Part shown: positions 29,442 through 41,685 of the stretch, piece by piece
Layout of the letters: the number at the start of each line of letters is the position of its first letter
Position numbering within the stretch: the stretch's first letter is position 1
Source: an uncultured bacterium
GTDB taxonomy: Bacteria; Chloroflexota; Limnocylindria; Limnocylindrales; Limnocylindraceae
Assembly: GCA_963923845.1 (NCBI GenBank)
Contig: CAWULR010000001.1
Span: forward strand, 1 to 61,933
Direction: 5' to 3'
DNA length: 61,933 nucleotides
The notes under the pieces: model-generated
What the model saw: only the letters and a program-made list of their open reading frames with translations
The model's database searches: none
What the model was told of the DNA's origin: nothing
Position numbers and translations under genes: made by a program

Positions 29442-29527
29442 GGGCGAGTGGCGAAACGGTAGACGCGCCAGCCTTAGGAGCTGGTGTCGGCAACGACGTG
29501 TGAGTTCGAGTCTCACCTCGCCCACCA
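29442..29527 (+). tRNA. tRNA-Leu (anticodon UAG), type II with long variable arm, CCA encoded
   Basis: Hand-folded. Acceptor GGGCGAG/CTCGCCC, D stem GCG/CGC. Anticodon stem CCAGC/GCTGG with loop CTTAGGA. Variable arm GTCG-GCAA-CGAC. T arm GTGAG-TTCGAGT-CTCAC, then ACCA. Confidence 0.9.
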
Positions 29528-29547
29528 GCAGGGTCGGATGACTCCGC

Positions 29548-29553
29548 TATCGT
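29548..29553 (+). promoter_or_regulatory. -10-like TATCGT 7 nt before the tig ATG (leaderless arrangement)
   Basis: TATCGT (29548-29553), then tgaacgc, then ATG 29561. No SD is present. Confidence 0.3.
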
Positions 29554-29560
29554 TGAACGC

Positions 29561-31018
29561 ATGAAGGTCACCAGCACACCCGGTCCGAAGAGCAGCGTGC
29601 AACTCGAGATCGTGATGCCTGTCGACGCCGTGGCGTCGGCGATCGGCAGCGCAGTGAAGCAGGTCGCGTCGCGCAGCCGTATCCCGGGCTTTCGACCCGG
29701 CAAGGCGCCGCGCGCCGTCGTCGAGCGATTCGCCGGGCTCGCGGGAATCCTCGACGAGGCGACGGAGATCCTGGTCGAGCGCGGCTACCGCGCCGCCATC
29801 GCCGAGTCGGAGACGATCCCGCTCGCGAGCCCGACGATCGAGGCGAAGACGCTGGTCGAAGGCGAGGACTACCGCTTCACTGCCACCGTCTCGGTGCCAC
29901 CGGAGGTCGAGCTCGGCGACTACCGCGACTTCAGTTTCACTCCGTCATTCGAGGCGCCGGATCAGACGAAGGTCGACGCAGTCCTGGACGATCTTCGCGA
30001 CAGCTACGCGGTCTTGACTCCCGTCGTCGATCGCGGGGCAGAAACCGGCGACTACGCGATCATCTCGTTCACGGGCTACCGCTCGGAAGACGGATCGCGG
30101 ATCGACGGTGCCGCATCCGAGCGCATGCCCGTCGTGCTCGGCTCCGAGCGACTCATTCCCGGCTTCGAGACACAGCTTGTCGGGGCCAAGGTCGGCGATG
30201 CGACCACCGTCTCGGTGACCTTCCCCGACGACTACCAAGAGGCGACGCTCCGCGGCGTGCCCGCGCGGTTCGACGTGGTGATCCAAGAGCTGCGCGTGCG
30301 CGTCCCACCGCCGCTCGACGATGCGTTCGCCAAGCAGGTGGCCAACCTCGACAGCGTCGAAGGTCTCCGCGAAGAGGTCCTGTCGCGGTTGAAGGCGAGC
30401 GCGGCGGATCGAGGTCGCCATGAGTTTGCGGACAAGATCGTGGAACACGCCATCGAGAAATCCTCCGTCGAGATTCCCGATCCGTTGATCGAAGAGGAGA
30501 TCGACGGGCTTGTCGACGAACTGGCTCGCTCGATCGCGCGTCAGGGGCTCACCTTCGAGCAGTACCTGACTGCGGCCGGGAAAGATGCCGCGGCGATCCG
30601 TGCCGAGCTGCGCGATCGCGGTGAGCGTCGTGCGCGCACGCTGCTCGTCCTCTCCGCGGTCGCCGGGGCCGAGGGGATCCAGGTGCCGGAAGAGCTCATC
30701 GATGCGGAGGTGCGCCGGGCTCAGCCGCAGGTTCAGGGGCAGCGGAAGCTCGAGGCGTACCTCTCGTCGGAACGCGGTCGTCGGGCCATCCGCGCCTCGC
30801 TCCGCCGCTCGCTCGTGGTGGAGAAGATCGTGGAGGACTGGTTCGACGCGAACCCGCACGCGTGGCCGAGCTGGGCACCGGAGCGACCGCCTCGACCCGC
30901 CGCTGCGCCGTCGAGTGCCGCCGCCGAGGCCGCCGCAGTGCGTGGAGGAACTGGAGCGAAGGCGAACTCCCCATCCGCCAAGGCGAAGCGCTCCCCCGCG
31001 AAGCGGTCCGCCAAGTAA
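29561..31018 (+). CDS. tig: Trigger factor
   Basis: The N-terminus contains IPGFRPGKAPRAVVERF (ribosome-binding signature GFRxGxxP). There is an FKBP-like middle domain, then a long Ala/Lys/Pro-rich basic tail. Confidence 0.9.
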   Translation: MKVTSTPGPKSSVQLEIVMPVDAVASAIGSAVKQVASRSRIPGFRPGKAPRAVVERFAGLAGILDEATEILVERGYRAAIAESETIPLASPTIEAKTLVEGEDYRFTATVSVPPEVELGDYRDFSFTPSFEAPDQTKVDAVLDDLRDSYAVLTPVVDRGAETGDYAIISFTGYRSEDGSRIDGAASERMPVVLGSERLIPGFETQLVGAKVGDATTVSVTFPDDYQEATLRGVPARFDVVIQELRVRVPPPLDDAFAKQVANLDSVEGLREEVLSRLKASAADRGRHEFADKIVEHAIEKSSVEIPDPLIEEEIDGLVDELARSIARQGLTFEQYLTAAGKDAAAIRAELRDRGERRARTLLVLSAVAGAEGIQVPEELIDAEVRRAQPQVQGQRKLEAYLSSERGRRAIRASLRRSLVVEKIVEDWFDANPHAWPSWAPERPPRPAAAPSSAAAEAAAVRGGTGAKANSPSAKAKRSPAKRSAK

Positions 31019-31084
31019 ACTCACCTCCCCACGACGCGTTGAGGACGCAGTCGGGCAGGAGAGGCGAAGCGAGAGGAGCCGGCA

Positions 31085-31687
31085 ATGCTCGTACCGATGG
31101 TGATCGAATCGTCCAGCAAGGGCGAACGCGCCTACGACATCTGGTCACGCCTTCTCAAAGAGCGCATCATCTTCCTCGGCTCGGGCGTCGAAGACGACGT
31201 GGCGAACCTGGTCATCGCCCAGCTGCTCTTCCTCGATGCGGAAGATCCCGAAAAGGAGATCTTCCTCTACATCAACAGCCCTGGCGGAGTGATCACCTCC
31301 GGACTCGCGATCTACGACACGATGCAGTACGTGCGCGCGCCCGTGAGCACGATCTGCACGGGGATCGCCATGTCGATGGGGGCCGTCCTGCTGGCCGCCG
31401 GTGCTCCTGGACGGCGATTCGCGCTGCCGCACAGCCGCATCATGATCCATCAGGGTTCGGGCGGATTCCGTGGCAACACTCCGGATGTGTTCATCCAGGT
31501 GAAGGAGATGGAGAAGCTCGTCAAGTCGACACAGGAGATCCTTGCCGCGCACACCGGCCAGCCGCTGGACAAGGTGGTGAAGGACACCGATCGCGACCTC
31601 TTCCTGTCGCCTGAGGAGGCGGTCGACTACGGGATCATCGACGAGGTCTACAAGCTCCCGGCGATCGTTCCGCCGAAGAGGAAGTAA
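31085..31687 (+). CDS. clpP: ATP-dependent Clp protease proteolytic subunit
   Basis: [26 protein letters not shown], a catalytic Ser context GIAMSMGA, and His in IMIHQ. SD GAGGAG 6 nt upstream. Confidence 0.95.
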   Translation: MLVPMVIESSSKGERAYDIWSRLLKERIIFLGSGVEDDVANLVIAQLLFLDAEDPEKEIFLYINSPGGVITSGLAIYDTMQYVRAPVSTICTGIAMSMGAVLLAAGAPGRRFALPHSRIMIHQGSGGFRGNTPDVFIQVKEMEKLVKSTQEILAAHTGQPLDKVVKDTDRDLFLSPEEAVDYGIIDEVYKLPAIVPPKRK

Positions 31688-31696
31688 GGGCAGGCG

Positions 31697-35777
<4,081 letters not shown>

Positions 35778-35778
<1 letters not shown>

Positions 35779-36077
35779 TGCCGTTCTACGACTACCAGTG
35801 CACCACGTGCGGAGCGACCCTCGAACTGTTCCACGGCATCGAGGATCAGGCGCAGCGAGCGCACGAAGGGTGCGGCGGCGCGCTCGAGCGGCGCTTCACC
35901 GCCGCGAGCGTGCACTTCAAGGGGAGCGGCTGGGCGAAGCTCGAACGCCGTGGCGACAGCGGGACCGCGTCGACCGCAACGTCTCCGACGTCGACCCCGA
36001 CCGCGGGGTCGACCTCAGGTTCGGCCGACCGATCGTCGTCGATGTCGCCCGGTCCGACGAAGGCGGGCGGCGAGTAG
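35778..36077 (+). CDS. FmdB-family zinc-ribbon protein (CxxC_CxxC_SSSS)
   Basis: MPFYDYQCTTCG...EGCGG is the family hallmark. Ser/Thr-rich tail. TGATG junction with valS. Confidence 0.8.
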
Positions 36078-36087
36078 CTCAGGCGGA

Positions 36088-37008
36088 CTAGCGGCGGCTC
36101 GCGGCGAAGAACTCGACGATCTGTCGCGCAACCTCGACCGAAACCGCAACCTGCGCATCCACCGTCTGTGCACCGAGGTGCGGGGCGAGGACGGTGTTCG
36201 GTGCCTCGAGGAGCGGAGAGTCGACGGGGGGCTCGACGGCGAAGACATCGATTCCCGCTCCTGCCAGCCGGCCCGAGCGAAGCGCCGCTGCGAGCGCGGC
36301 CTCGTCGACCAGGCTTCCGCGGGCGACGTTGAGAAGGATGGCGCCTGGCTTCATCGAGGAAATCTCAGCCGCTCCGATCAGCGGCCTGCCATCGAGGGCA
36401 GGGACGTGCAGGCTGACGATGTCTGACGCTGAGAGGAGTTCGTCGAGCGGAAGCAGGCGGACGCCGAGCGACGCAGCCTGGTGCGCCGTCACGAACGGAT
36501 CGCTGGCCGACACCTGCATCTCGAACGCCGCCGCACGATGGGCGACCGCCTGGCCGATGCGACCGAATCCGACGATGCCCAGCCGCTTGCCGCGCAGCTC
36601 GAACCCTTTCAGTTCGCCTCGGGCCCAAGCACCGGTTCGCACCGAGGCATCGCCACGAGGGATGTGGCGCGCCACGGCGAGCAGGAGTGCGAAGGTGTGC
36701 TCTGCGGCGGCGATCGTGTTCCCGTTCGGTGCGTTGACCACGCGGATCTGCGCGCGCTCGGCGGCGACCGCATCGATGTTGTCGATGCCGACTCCGGCCC
36801 GCCCGATGATCTTCAGCGAGGTTCCGGCTGCGATCAGCGTGGCGTCGACTTGGACCTGTGATCGGACGATGAGGGCATCGGCGCCGGCGAGCGCAGCGAG
36901 GAGCTTCTCTCGCGGGGCTCCGACGAGATCGACGATCTCATGCCCCGCCGCGGAGATCTCGTCGAGTCCGGCAGCGGCGACCGCCTCGGCAACGACGACG
37001 CGCGCCAT
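36088..37008 (-). CDS. D-isomer-specific 2-hydroxyacid dehydrogenase (short phosphoglycerate-dehydrogenase-like, no ACT domain)
   Basis: NAD fold GIVGFGRIGQAV. Catalytic region NVARGSLVDE...LAPHLG. 306 aa. Confidence 0.8.
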   Translation of the reverse strand: MARVVVAEAVAAAGLDEISAAGHEIVDLVGAPREKLLAALAGADALIVRSQVQVDATLIAAGTSLKIIGRAGVGIDNIDAVAAERAQIRVVNAPNGNTIAAAEHTFALLLAVARHIPRGDASVRTGAWARGELKGFELRGKRLGIVGFGRIGQAVAHRAAAFEMQVSASDPFVTAHQAASLGVRLLPLDELLSASDIVSLHVPALDGRPLIGAAEISSMKPGAILLNVARGSLVDEAALAAALRSGRLAGAGIDVFAVEPPVDSPLLEAPNTVLAPHLGAQTVDAQVAVSVEVARQIVEFFAASRR

Positions 37009-37020
37009 GGTTCCGGGCGA

Positions 37021-37353
37021 CTAGGCGCTGAGGAGACCGGTCAGCGTCGCGACGACCCAGATCCCAGCGAGGAGCGCAAGCAGTGCGCCATACGTCATGA
37101 GAATGCGCCGTAGATCGCGACGGACCACCGGCAGTTCGGCGCTGATCTCGGCGGCAAGGCGCTGGGTCGACGCGGTGCGGCTGCCGATGGTCAGCGGCGC
37201 GCTCGGGGCCTGTGTGACGCGCGGTGCGTTGAGTGAAGCCTCGTACGAAGCTGCTGCCGCCTCTTCCGCCGCAGTCAGGCCGCGTTTCGCCGGTGTGGGT
37301 CGAACCGTCTTCGGGCGCTGGTCGGGCCGAAAGCGCTTCTCAGGTCTTCCCAT
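37021..37353 (-). CDS. Small tail-anchored membrane protein, basic N-terminus
   Basis: In-frame ATG 37353 in ORF 37021..37983, with an AGGAGG SD 4 nt upstream. C-terminal TM MTYGALLALLAGIWVVATLTGLL. It lies 12 nt upstream of the dehydrogenase gene. Confidence 0.5.
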   Translation of the reverse strand: MGRPEKRFRPDQRPKTVRPTPAKRGLTAAEEAAAASYEASLNAPRVTQAPSAPLTIGSRTASTQRLAAEISAELPVVRRDLRRILMTYGALLALLAGIWVVATLTGLLSA

Positions 37354-37363
37354 GGATCCTCCT

Positions 37364-37377
37364 GTCGACGGTCGACG
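37364..37377. repeat. Tandem heptamer GTCGACG x2 in a divergent intergenic region
   Basis: gtcgacggtcgacg read at 37364-37377, followed by tgtTGACGg. It lies in the 5' leader region of the minus-strand small gene. Confidence 0.5.
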
Positions 37378-37454
37378 TGTTGACGGAGTCTGGCTCGCCG
37401 TCTCGTGCAGGATAGCGGAGATCGCGTGACGGTTAGGTGGCACAGGGGGGCTGA

Positions 37455-37460
37455 TACGAT
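37455..37460 (+). promoter_or_regulatory. -10-like TACGAT 7 nt before the ATG (leaderless arrangement)
   Basis: TACGAT (37455-37460), then ctggggg, then ATG 37468. Confidence 0.3.
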
Positions 37461-37467
37461 CTGGGGG

Positions 37468-37971
37468 ATGGATGCAGAGACCGCCTCGCTGATCGCCGGT
37501 GCAGCCGCACTGCTCGTCGCGGTCGTCTTCGTGATGTCCCTCGTGGCGCTGCTTCGCGCTCGAGCCGTGCGGCGTGCCTTGCACGAGCTGACTGGCGAGG
37601 GGGAGGCGGCCGCGGAGGGAGCGCAACTCGTTCGAGCGCTCGCCGCGATCGCCGATCAGTCGAAGCGCCTTGCGCAGAGCGAGGCGCGACTCGTCGAACT
37701 CGAGGCCGCCGCAGACCGAGCGGTGAGTCGCATCGGGCACGTGCAATTCCAGGCCTACGACGATGCGGGCGTCGGACAGAGCAGCTCGCTCGCTCTCTTG
37801 GACGATGGAGGGAGCGGCGTCGTGATCACGACACTCCATGCACGAGTCGGCACGCGGATCTACGTGAAACGGGTGATCGACGGGACGAGCGAGACCACGC
37901 TCGGTGAAGAGGAGCGCGCAGCGATCGAGGCGGCAACCGCCCAGCCAGGCGGGGCGCGCCGAGACCGGTGA
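37468..37971 (+). CDS. DUF4446-family protein (N-terminal TM plus coiled coil)
   Basis: In-frame ATG 37468 in ORF 37405..37971. TM ASLIAGAAALLVAVVFVMSLVALL. GHVQFQAYDDAGVGQSSSLALLDDGGSGVVITTLH is the conserved DUF4446 core as I remember it. Confidence 0.6.
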   Translation: MDAETASLIAGAAALLVAVVFVMSLVALLRARAVRRALHELTGEGEAAAEGAQLVRALAAIADQSKRLAQSEARLVELEAAADRAVSRIGHVQFQAYDDAGVGQSSSLALLDDGGSGVVITTLHARVGTRIYVKRVIDGTSETTLGEEERAAIEAATAQPGGARRDR

Positions 37972-40900
37972 CCTCGCGCGCACGGCGTCGCGCGGCTCCG
38001 CAGCAGAGCGAACCCTCCGGAGCCGACCAGATCCCGGTTTGGACGGGAGTCTCCGTCCGGTCGCCGCGGGCGTTTCGCGACGGCGTCGCGCACCTGCTGA
38101 GCGACCTGAACGACGAACAGCATGCGGCCGTCACCTACGGCGAGGGCCCGCTGCTCGTGGTCGCCGGCGCTGGCACCGGGAAGACACAGGTGATCACGAG
38201 GCGCGTTGCATGGCTCATCGCGGAGCAGCACGCCCTCCCCGAAGAGATCCTTGCGTTGACGTTCACCGATCGAGCCGCCGAAGAGATGCAGGCGCGCGTC
38301 GATCGCCTCGTGCCGTACGGTTACGCCACCACGCCGATCAAGACCTTCCATGCATGGGGCGATGAGCTGCTGCGCGAGAACGCGCACCGCCTCGGCATCG
38401 CGGGCGAGCTCCGAGTCCTCGGTCGCGCCGAGGTGGTCCTCCTGTTGCGCGAACATCTCTTCGAGCTCGGGCTCTCGCGCTTTGCCCCGCTCGGCGACCC
38501 AACGCGTTTCCTTGGCGACGTCGCCGGGTACATCTCGCGTGCGAAGGAGGAGGCAGTCACTCCCGATCAGGTCGATGCATTTGCGGCAGCGCTTCGCTCG
38601 AAGGCTGCCGCAGTCGAGTCCGATGACAACGCGACGGAGAAGGAGCGCAGCACGAGCGCCGAGTATGCGGCGGCGCTGAGGCGTCTCGGCGAAGAGCAGG
38701 CCGAGCTCGCCGCAGTCTATCGGTCGTATCGCAGCATCCTTGCGAAGCGAGGACTGCTCGACTTCGGCGACCAGGTGCTCTTGTCGCACGAGCTTCTTCA
38801 GAGCGATCCACTTGTCGCCGCACGGGTGCGCGAGCGTCATCGATGGTTGCTGGTCGACGAGTACCAGGACACGAATCGACTGCAGGGCGCGCTGGTGGAC
38901 TTGATCACGCAGGGGAACGGCAACCTTACCGCCGTCGGCGACGACGACCAGTCGATCTATCGATTCCGCGGCGCAGCCATCGGCAACATCCTCGGTTTCG
39001 TCGATCGGTATCCGTCGGCAGGGAAGGTCGTGCTGACGAAGAACTATCGCAGCACCACGCCGATCTTGAACGCCGCACGGCGCCTCATCAGGTTCAACGA
39101 TCCAGATCGGCTGGAGACTCGGCTCGGCATCTCGAAGGAGTTGAGCGCGGAAACCGATCGAGGCGACGCTGCGCCGGTCGGCTTTCGACGATTCCGCACC
39201 ACCGCCGACGAGGCGGACTGGATCGCGCAGGAGATCCGAGCCTCGATCGAGGCGGGCGCGCGTCCGAGAGACATTGCGGTGCTCGTGCGCGCAAACGCAG
39301 ACACGGTGGAGATCGGGCGCAGCTTGAACATGGCGGGGATTCCCTGGCGCGCGAGCGGTGCCGCCGGCCTCTACGACCGCCCGGAGGTTCGGCTGCTCCT
39401 TGCGGGCCTGCGGCACGCTGCAGACCCCGACGCCTCCGCCCCCCTCTTCCTGATCGCCGCCGATCGGCGCTTCAAGGTCCCGGCGGAGATCCTCGCCTCG
39501 GCGGTCGGCAAGGCGCGTCGCGAACACCGTTCGCTCCGCGAGTGCCTGGCACTGGTTGGCGCCGCGCATCCAGGGACCGACAGCCTGATGGCACGACTGA
39601 GCGACCTCGTGAAGGAGAGCGCCGAGCGGACCAGCGGCGAGGTGCTCTATCGCTGGCTTCGCGAGAGTGGCCTGCTCGCCGAGTTGACGCGCGAGGCGAG
39701 TCCCGAAGCGGACGAACAGATTCGAAACATCGGTCGCCTGTTCGATGTCGTGCGTTCTCGCAGCAGGCTTCTCGAGCTCGACCGGGCCGCCTATCTGGTG
39801 CGCTACCTGGAAGAGCTCGGCGAAGCGGGCGACGATCCGTCCGCCGCCGACGTCGATCCCGATCTGGATGCCGTCTCGTTGCTGACGGTGCACCAGGCCA
39901 AGGGGCTCGAGTTTCCCGTGGTCTTCGTTGCGAACATGGTCGAAACCCGGTTTCCCGCACGAGGGCGGCCGCCACGGCTCGGACTCGCCGTCGAGCTCGG
40001 CGGCAGCGACGAGATCGTGCCGCGAGACCCGCGCGACCAGGAGGGTTCCAGTGCGGTGGACGACGAGGCGCTGCGCGAAGAGCGCCGCCTCGCCTACGTG
40101 GCGCTGACTCGAGCGAGGAGACGTCTCTACCTCAGCGCCGCCGAGCGCGCGACCGGCGGGGTGCGCGTTCGGAAGGTGAGTCGCTTTGTCTCCGAAGCGC
40201 TCGACTTGGCGCGCACGCAGCTCGAAGAGGTGTCGTTCACCGGCGAACGAAGCAGCGCCGTCGGAGCACTCGAGGTCGTCGCTCCGGTCCCACCGGTCGT
40301 CGCGGTCCGCGAGGCCGGCGCCTCGGAGCAGGGGCCGCTGACGCTGAGCTACACCGCGATCGAAGCGTATCTTGCATGTCCGCTCCGCTACCACTACCAG
40401 CAGCGCCTCCGGATTCCGCTTCCACCGCACCATGCGGCGATCTACGGCTCGGCGCTCCATGCTGCAGTCGCCGAGTTCCACCGCGGTCAGATCAGCGGCA
40501 ACACGCCGGACCTCTCCACGCTTACGGCCGCGCTCGACCGCAGCTGGCAGAGTGCCGGGTTCGTCTCGCGCGCGCACGAAGAGGCGCGGCACACGGCCGC
40601 CATCCGCGTGATCGAGCGATTCCGCGAGGAGGAGATCGCGAGCGGCGTCGTGCCGGCGTACGTCGAGAAGGATTTCGTGTTCGAGGTCGACGGACACAAG
40701 GTTCGAGGCCGTTGGGATCGTGTCGACGTCCGACCGCTTGCACCGGGCGAGCGCGTGACGGCCGTTCCCGTCATGGACGAGTCTGCGGACACGATTCGCC
40801 CGACCCTGCCGCTCTCCGATGAGTGGGTGGTGATCTCCGACTACAAGAGCGGCGGCAAAGACGACGACGAGGTGGGTGTGGCACGCGCGCGAGAGGCGCT

Positions 40901-41168
40901 GCAGCTCCAGATCTACGCGCTGGCGTGGCGCGCCGCCACGGGACGACTCCCAGACGAGGTGAGTCTTCGCTTCCTCGATACCGACAAGGTCGCGACTGTT
41001 CCTGTCGATCCGAAGAGGGTCGCGAAGGCGCGCGAGAAGATCGTCGAGGCGGCACGCGGTATCCAGGCGGGCTCGATCGAGGCGAGACCCGACCGTATGA
41101 ACTGCACCTACTGCGCGTACCGGGAACTCTGTCCGTCCTCCAAGGCCCCCGCAGGACGCCCTGGATGA
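37968..41168 (+). CDS. UvrD/PcrA-type SF1 helicase fused to a C-terminal PD-(D/E)XK (RecB/Cas4-like) nuclease with 4-Cys Fe-S signature
   Basis: Helicase motifs: AGAGTGKT (I), DEYQD (II), GDDDQSIYRFRGA (III), KNYRS (IV), TVHQAKGLEF (V), YVALTRAR (VI). Nuclease motifs: GRWDRVD, ISDYKSG, QLQIYALA. Cys pattern: ACPLRY ... NCTYCAYRELC (C-Xn-C-X2-C-X5-C). GTGA overlap with the DUF4446 gene. Confidence 0.85.
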   Translation: MTSRARRRAAPQQSEPSGADQIPVWTGVSVRSPRAFRDGVAHLLSDLNDEQHAAVTYGEGPLLVVAGAGTGKTQVITRRVAWLIAEQHALPEEILALTFTDRAAEEMQARVDRLVPYGYATTPIKTFHAWGDELLRENAHRLGIAGELRVLGRAEVVLLLREHLFELGLSRFAPLGDPTRFLGDVAGYISRAKEEAVTPDQVDAFAAALRSKAAAVESDDNATEKERSTSAEYAAALRRLGEEQAELAAVYRSYRSILAKRGLLDFGDQVLLSHELLQSDPLVAARVRERHRWLLVDEYQDTNRLQGALVDLITQGNGNLTAVGDDDQSIYRFRGAAIGNILGFVDRYPSAGKVVLTKNYRSTTPILNAARRLIRFNDPDRLETRLGISKELSAETDRGDAAPVGFRRFRTTADEADWIAQEIRASIEAGARPRDIAVLVRANADTVEIGRSLNMAGIPWRASGAAGLYDRPEVRLLLAGLRHAADPDASAPLFLIAADRRFKVPAEILASAVGKARREHRSLRECLALVGAAHPGTDSLMARLSDLVKESAERTSGEVLYRWLRESGLLAELTREASPEADEQIRNIGRLFDVVRSRSRLLELDRAAYLVRYLEELGEAGDDPSAADVDPDLDAVSLLTVHQAKGLEFPVVFVANMVETRFPARGRPPRLGLAVELGGSDEIVPRDPRDQEGSSAVDDEALREERRLAYVALTRARRRLYLSAAERATGGVRVRKVSRFVSEALDLARTQLEEVSFTGERSSAVGALEVVAPVPPVVAVREAGASEQGPLTLSYTAIEAYLACPLRYHYQQRLRIPLPPHHAAIYGSALHAAVAEFHRGQISGNTPDLSTLTAALDRSWQSAGFVSRAHEEARHTAAIRVIERFREEEIASGVVPAYVEKDFVFEVDGHKVRGRWDRVDVRPLAPGERVTAVPVMDESADTIRPTLPLSDEWVVISDYKSGGKDDDEVGVARAREALQLQIYALAWRAATGRLPDEVSLRFLDTDKVATVPVDPKRVAKAREKIVEAARGIQAGSIEARPDRMNCTYCAYRELCPSSKAPAGRPG

Positions 41169-41611
41169 GATCCGCCGCGCCGACCGAGCGGACACTCGAG
41201 GGACCTGATCGCGATGCGCCTCCACGCATTCCGATCACCGATCAGCGCCTGGTGAAGGTCTCCGCGGCCGCGGCCGTTCTCGGTGTTGTGCTCTCCTCCT
41301 GGGCACTGGTCAACGTCGATCCGAGCCGCGATCCCGTGGCCGGGCTGCTTGCGTCGCTCGTGTTCGGCTGCACCGTCGGCCTCGGCCTCGCGCCGATCCT
41401 CCTCGTGGAGTCGTATCGCCGCCATCCCGGTCAGTGGCGCGGACGGCGACACCGCGCTCTGCGTCGCAGCTTCGTCGTCGGAGCGCTCGTCGGCGGCTAT
41501 AGCGCCTTCCGTGTGGTGGGGCTCGGCAGCCCGAGCGGACTCCTCGTCGCAGTCTTGATCGCGGCCGCGGTCGAAGCGGCACTCACTCGAGCCGACGACG
41601 ACAGCGTCTGA
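41165..41611 (+). CDS. Four-TM membrane protein of unknown function
   Basis: In-frame ATG 41165 in ORF 40823..41611 (ATGA overlap with the helicase-nuclease gene). Four hydrophobic helices. Confidence 0.5.
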   Translation: MRSAAPTERTLEGPDRDAPPRIPITDQRLVKVSAAAAVLGVVLSSWALVNVDPSRDPVAGLLASLVFGCTVGLGLAPILLVESYRRHPGQWRGRRHRALRRSFVVGALVGGYSAFRVVGLGSPSGLLVAVLIAAAVEAALTRADDDSV

Positions 41612-41685
41612 GGGTGTAGGATCCACTCGCGCCCAGCTGGACGTTGGCTCGAACCGGCGGCGCTTGGAAGCTTCGGTGGGAACAC

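Noticed and set aside
37860-41225. 1121-aa ORF antisense to the helicase-nuclease gene (longer than the sense ORF)
   Set aside because: Same GC artefact. The translation is Arg/Asp-rich with no recognisable domain, whereas the sense frame has every SF1 helicase and RecB nuclease motif in order.
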